NCBI GenBank assembly: GCA_037144045.1
Contig: JBAWXN010000002.1
Span: 54,734 to 118,733, forward strand
Direction: 5' to 3'
Origin: a bacterium
Lineage (GTDB): Bacteria; Patescibacteriota; Minisyncoccia; Phycocordibacterales; UBA1006
DNA length: 64,000 nucleotides
The notes beneath the pieces are model-generated. The model had not been told where the DNA came from and did no database searches. It was given only the letters and a program-made list of their open reading frames with translations. Positions 62,248-64,000 of this stretch are shown in pieces. The position numbers were made by a program, and so were the translations under genes. The number at the start of each line of letters is the position of its first letter. Position 1 is the first letter of the stretch.

Positions 62248-63417
62248 TTAATACAATACCGGGGTAGGGTATACTCCTCGAATCTCGTAGTGGAGATGTG
62301 GACCTGTTGATTTTCCTGTATTTCCAGTATATCCAATTATCTGACCCTGCGAGACACGTTCACCAGAACTTACACTAATCTTACTTTGATGAGCATACAG
62401 CGTTTGTGAACTATTTCCGTGCGTAATAATAGTAAGTCCTCCATACCCTCCATTATAACCATTCGGAGACTTAGTAACAATAACGGTTCCATCCGCCATT
62501 GCTCTAATAGGAGTACCTACTGGAGCACCTACATCGATAGCATTATATCGTGTGTGGAATCCTTGAGTTTTTCGAATTCGACCACCATCGGGTACAACCG
62601 GTTGAATGTAGTAACCTTTTGAAGAAGGAACTCCTGTTTTCTTTACTCCTGAACCTGGAACAATCTTCGTTGTCTTAGTAGGAGTACTTACGGTTACGAT
62701 TTCACCATCGGGAATAATTAATACCTCGCCCTGTCTTAAGATATCACTCGCGACTAAATCGTTATAATCAGTAATATCGGTAACGTCTACCTTATACTTT
62801 TTAGCGATACTTTGAATTGTTTCACCTTTCTGAACTTTATGTTTCACCCCAGTAATAGGAAGGATTACTAGATTTTGTCCACGCTGTAATACATCTTTTT
62901 TACCTAATCCATTTGCCCAACGTACCGTGTTTTCAGAGACTCCGAATTTTGTGGCAACTTTTGCTACCGTGTCGCCTGGTTGAACAATATAAGTACTAAT
63001 AGTATCGGTTACTGGAATATCAACAAGGTCTGCCAAAGTTCCTGATGACCCTATATCGGCGACAATAGCTTCACTATCAGCAATGTGAATATCTGCATCT
63101 GGATCTACCGGCTTAAGATCGGACATCATTCCTACCTCAGAAGACAATAACGGCATATTTTGCGCACTATCAGCACTTACGGTTGATTGAAAACTAGGAT
63201 CACTTTGTGCAAACGCAGACGAAAAGAACCAGGCCTGACTCGTAGCTGGTGTAATCATAAGAACCACTAGTGTAATACTAGCGATGAGAGGTAGACCTAT
63301 AGCTTCCAAGTGTTTTTTAGATGAAAAAAGACTTAGTTTTTTTGAGAAGTGTATTATAAGCCAAGAAAAAGATATCAAAAACGCGAGACCAAAGATTAAA
63401 AAAATAAATGTAAACAC
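62248..63417 (-). CDS. LysM-domain M23 peptidase (cell-wall endopeptidase)
   Basis: N-terminal TM, two LysM repeats (YIVQPGDTVAKVATKFGVS..; HKVQKGETIQSIAKKYKVD..), and a C-terminal M23 domain with HGNSSQTLYAH..GNTGKSTGPHLHYEI. Confidence 0.8.
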   Translation of the reverse strand: MFTFIFLIFGLAFLISFSWLIIHFSKKLSLFSSKKHLEAIGLPLIASITLVVLMITPATSQAWFFSSAFAQSDPSFQSTVSADSAQNMPLLSSEVGMMSDLKPVDPDADIHIADSEAIVADIGSSGTLADLVDIPVTDTISTYIVQPGDTVAKVATKFGVSENTVRWANGLGKKDVLQRGQNLVILPITGVKHKVQKGETIQSIAKKYKVDVTDITDYNDLVASDILRQGEVLIIPDGEIVTVSTPTKTTKIVPGSGVKKTGVPSSKGYYIQPVVPDGGRIRKTQGFHTRYNAIDVGAPVGTPIRAMADGTVIVTKSPNGYNGGYGGLTIITHGNSSQTLYAHQSKISVSSGERVSQGQIIGYTGNTGKSTGPHLHYEIRGVYPTPVLY

Positions 63418-63621
63418 GTTTTTGAAATTACTCGAATATCTGAAATTCGGCCAGGTCTATCGTACTGCTTTCCAACCAGGGCAAAGCCCCATACCTAACC
63501 AGGGTACCAAACTGACCGAATGGGTCAACAGGGAATGGGGATAGCCTATTTTTTGACAAGTTGTAAACAAATGTGTTCTTGTTTGTAGCGTTCTCATCCT
63601 AATTCATTTATAATAATTTCA

Positions 63622-64000
63622 TATGGGCATTAAAGACATTCCTCTTTCAACAACACCCGCTTCTGCACAAGCCATCCCTGTGCCCCCTTCACTTGAATCT
63701 ATTATTCAAACTGCCAAGGGACAAATAAGTAACGACCCGCAATCAGGGAGTATCTTGAAACTGCTTAGTGAAAACGGATTTAAAGAAAAGATTCAAGAAG
63801 GTTACAAAAATGGAAGAACTTACACCATTCTCCATGCAGCACCAAGTCCTGATTTTACTCTTATTGAAAATTGGACAGAAACCACGAAAGACGAAAATGG
63901 TAATAGTGTTTCCAATCCGAGAAAAACATACCAGTTCTTTAAAATTGTCATAGACACTCCACCAGTTCAAGAAACGAGCCAGCCAGCAACCCCGTTAGAG
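63622..64000 (+). CDS. hypothetical protein, 3'-truncated at window edge
   Basis: ATG at 63622 opens a frame that runs to the window end (MGIKDIPLSTTPASAQAIPVPPSLES...). No family. Confidence 0.2.

Noticed and set aside
1-64000. CRISPR arrays, rRNA genes, IS or transposase genes, restriction-modification genes
   Set aside because: No direct-repeat/spacer periodicity, no rRNA-like stretches, no DDE transposase or Tn-like inverted repeats were seen. The only recombinase is a Xer-type tyrosine recombinase in a housekeeping context. The only methyltransferase has small-molecule (UbiE-like) rather than DNA-MTase motifs.

Overview
Low-GC (about 40%) bacterial chromosomal segment that reads like a reduced-genome lineage (CPR/Patescibacteria-like), with small intergenic spacers, many GTG/TTG starts and many lineage-specific hypothetical proteins. 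Recognisable housekeeping genes are ppa, tig-clpP, prs, nadE, nadD, pncA, pncB, rny, HU, cca, pyrG, xth, rpsO, comM/yifB, an M50 protease, a CorC/CNNM transporter, a Xer recombinase and a polar-amino-acid ABC transporter. Four tRNA genes are present: Gly-TCC, Pro-TGG, Arg-TCG and Gly-GCC. No CRISPR array, rRNA or obvious transposase was seen.

Main points of interest:
1. A two-locus NAD salvage supra-cluster. Locus 1 holds a deoxyribosyltransferase-like gene, prs, an ADP-ribose pyrophosphatase, nadE, an NrtR-like Nudix regulator, nadD, pncA and pncB. Locus 2 holds an NRK-like kinase fused to Nudix and a HAD-NadM-degenerate-Nudix protein, flanking a TrmB-like regulator.
2. A 14-bp perfect palindrome GTTTCACGTGAAAC, or its heptamer halves, occurs about 10 times in and around the cca CDS in two different reading frames. 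Further copies lie in the TrmB paralog at 48.8-49.7 kb, including a CRP-like TGTGAAACGTTTCACA.
3. Five TrmB-like paralogs occur in 64 kb. The ABC-transporter ATPase next to one of them carries a C-terminal extension homologous to the TrmB-like C-terminal domain.
4. A tightly coupled minus-strand cassette runs small Cys-rich ORF, PhyH-type Fe/2OG oxygenase, GT-B glycosyltransferase, HprK-C-like P-loop protein, GT-B glycosyltransferase. A divergent TrmB-like regulator sits upstream with a perfect 16-bp palindrome next to its start.
5. An accessory-looking stretch at 17-24 kb holds a large protein with a C-terminal MNT-type nucleotidyltransferase domain, a divergent PurA/PurZ-family ligase and a vWA plus pseudokinase-like pair.
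6. A DnaA-box cluster plus a 46-bp perfect palindrome lies beside the tRNA-Arg/tRNA-Gly/cca junction.

Manually derived coordinates (tRNAs, motifs, hairpins) may be off by 1-2 nt. Functions are inferred from motif recognition only.
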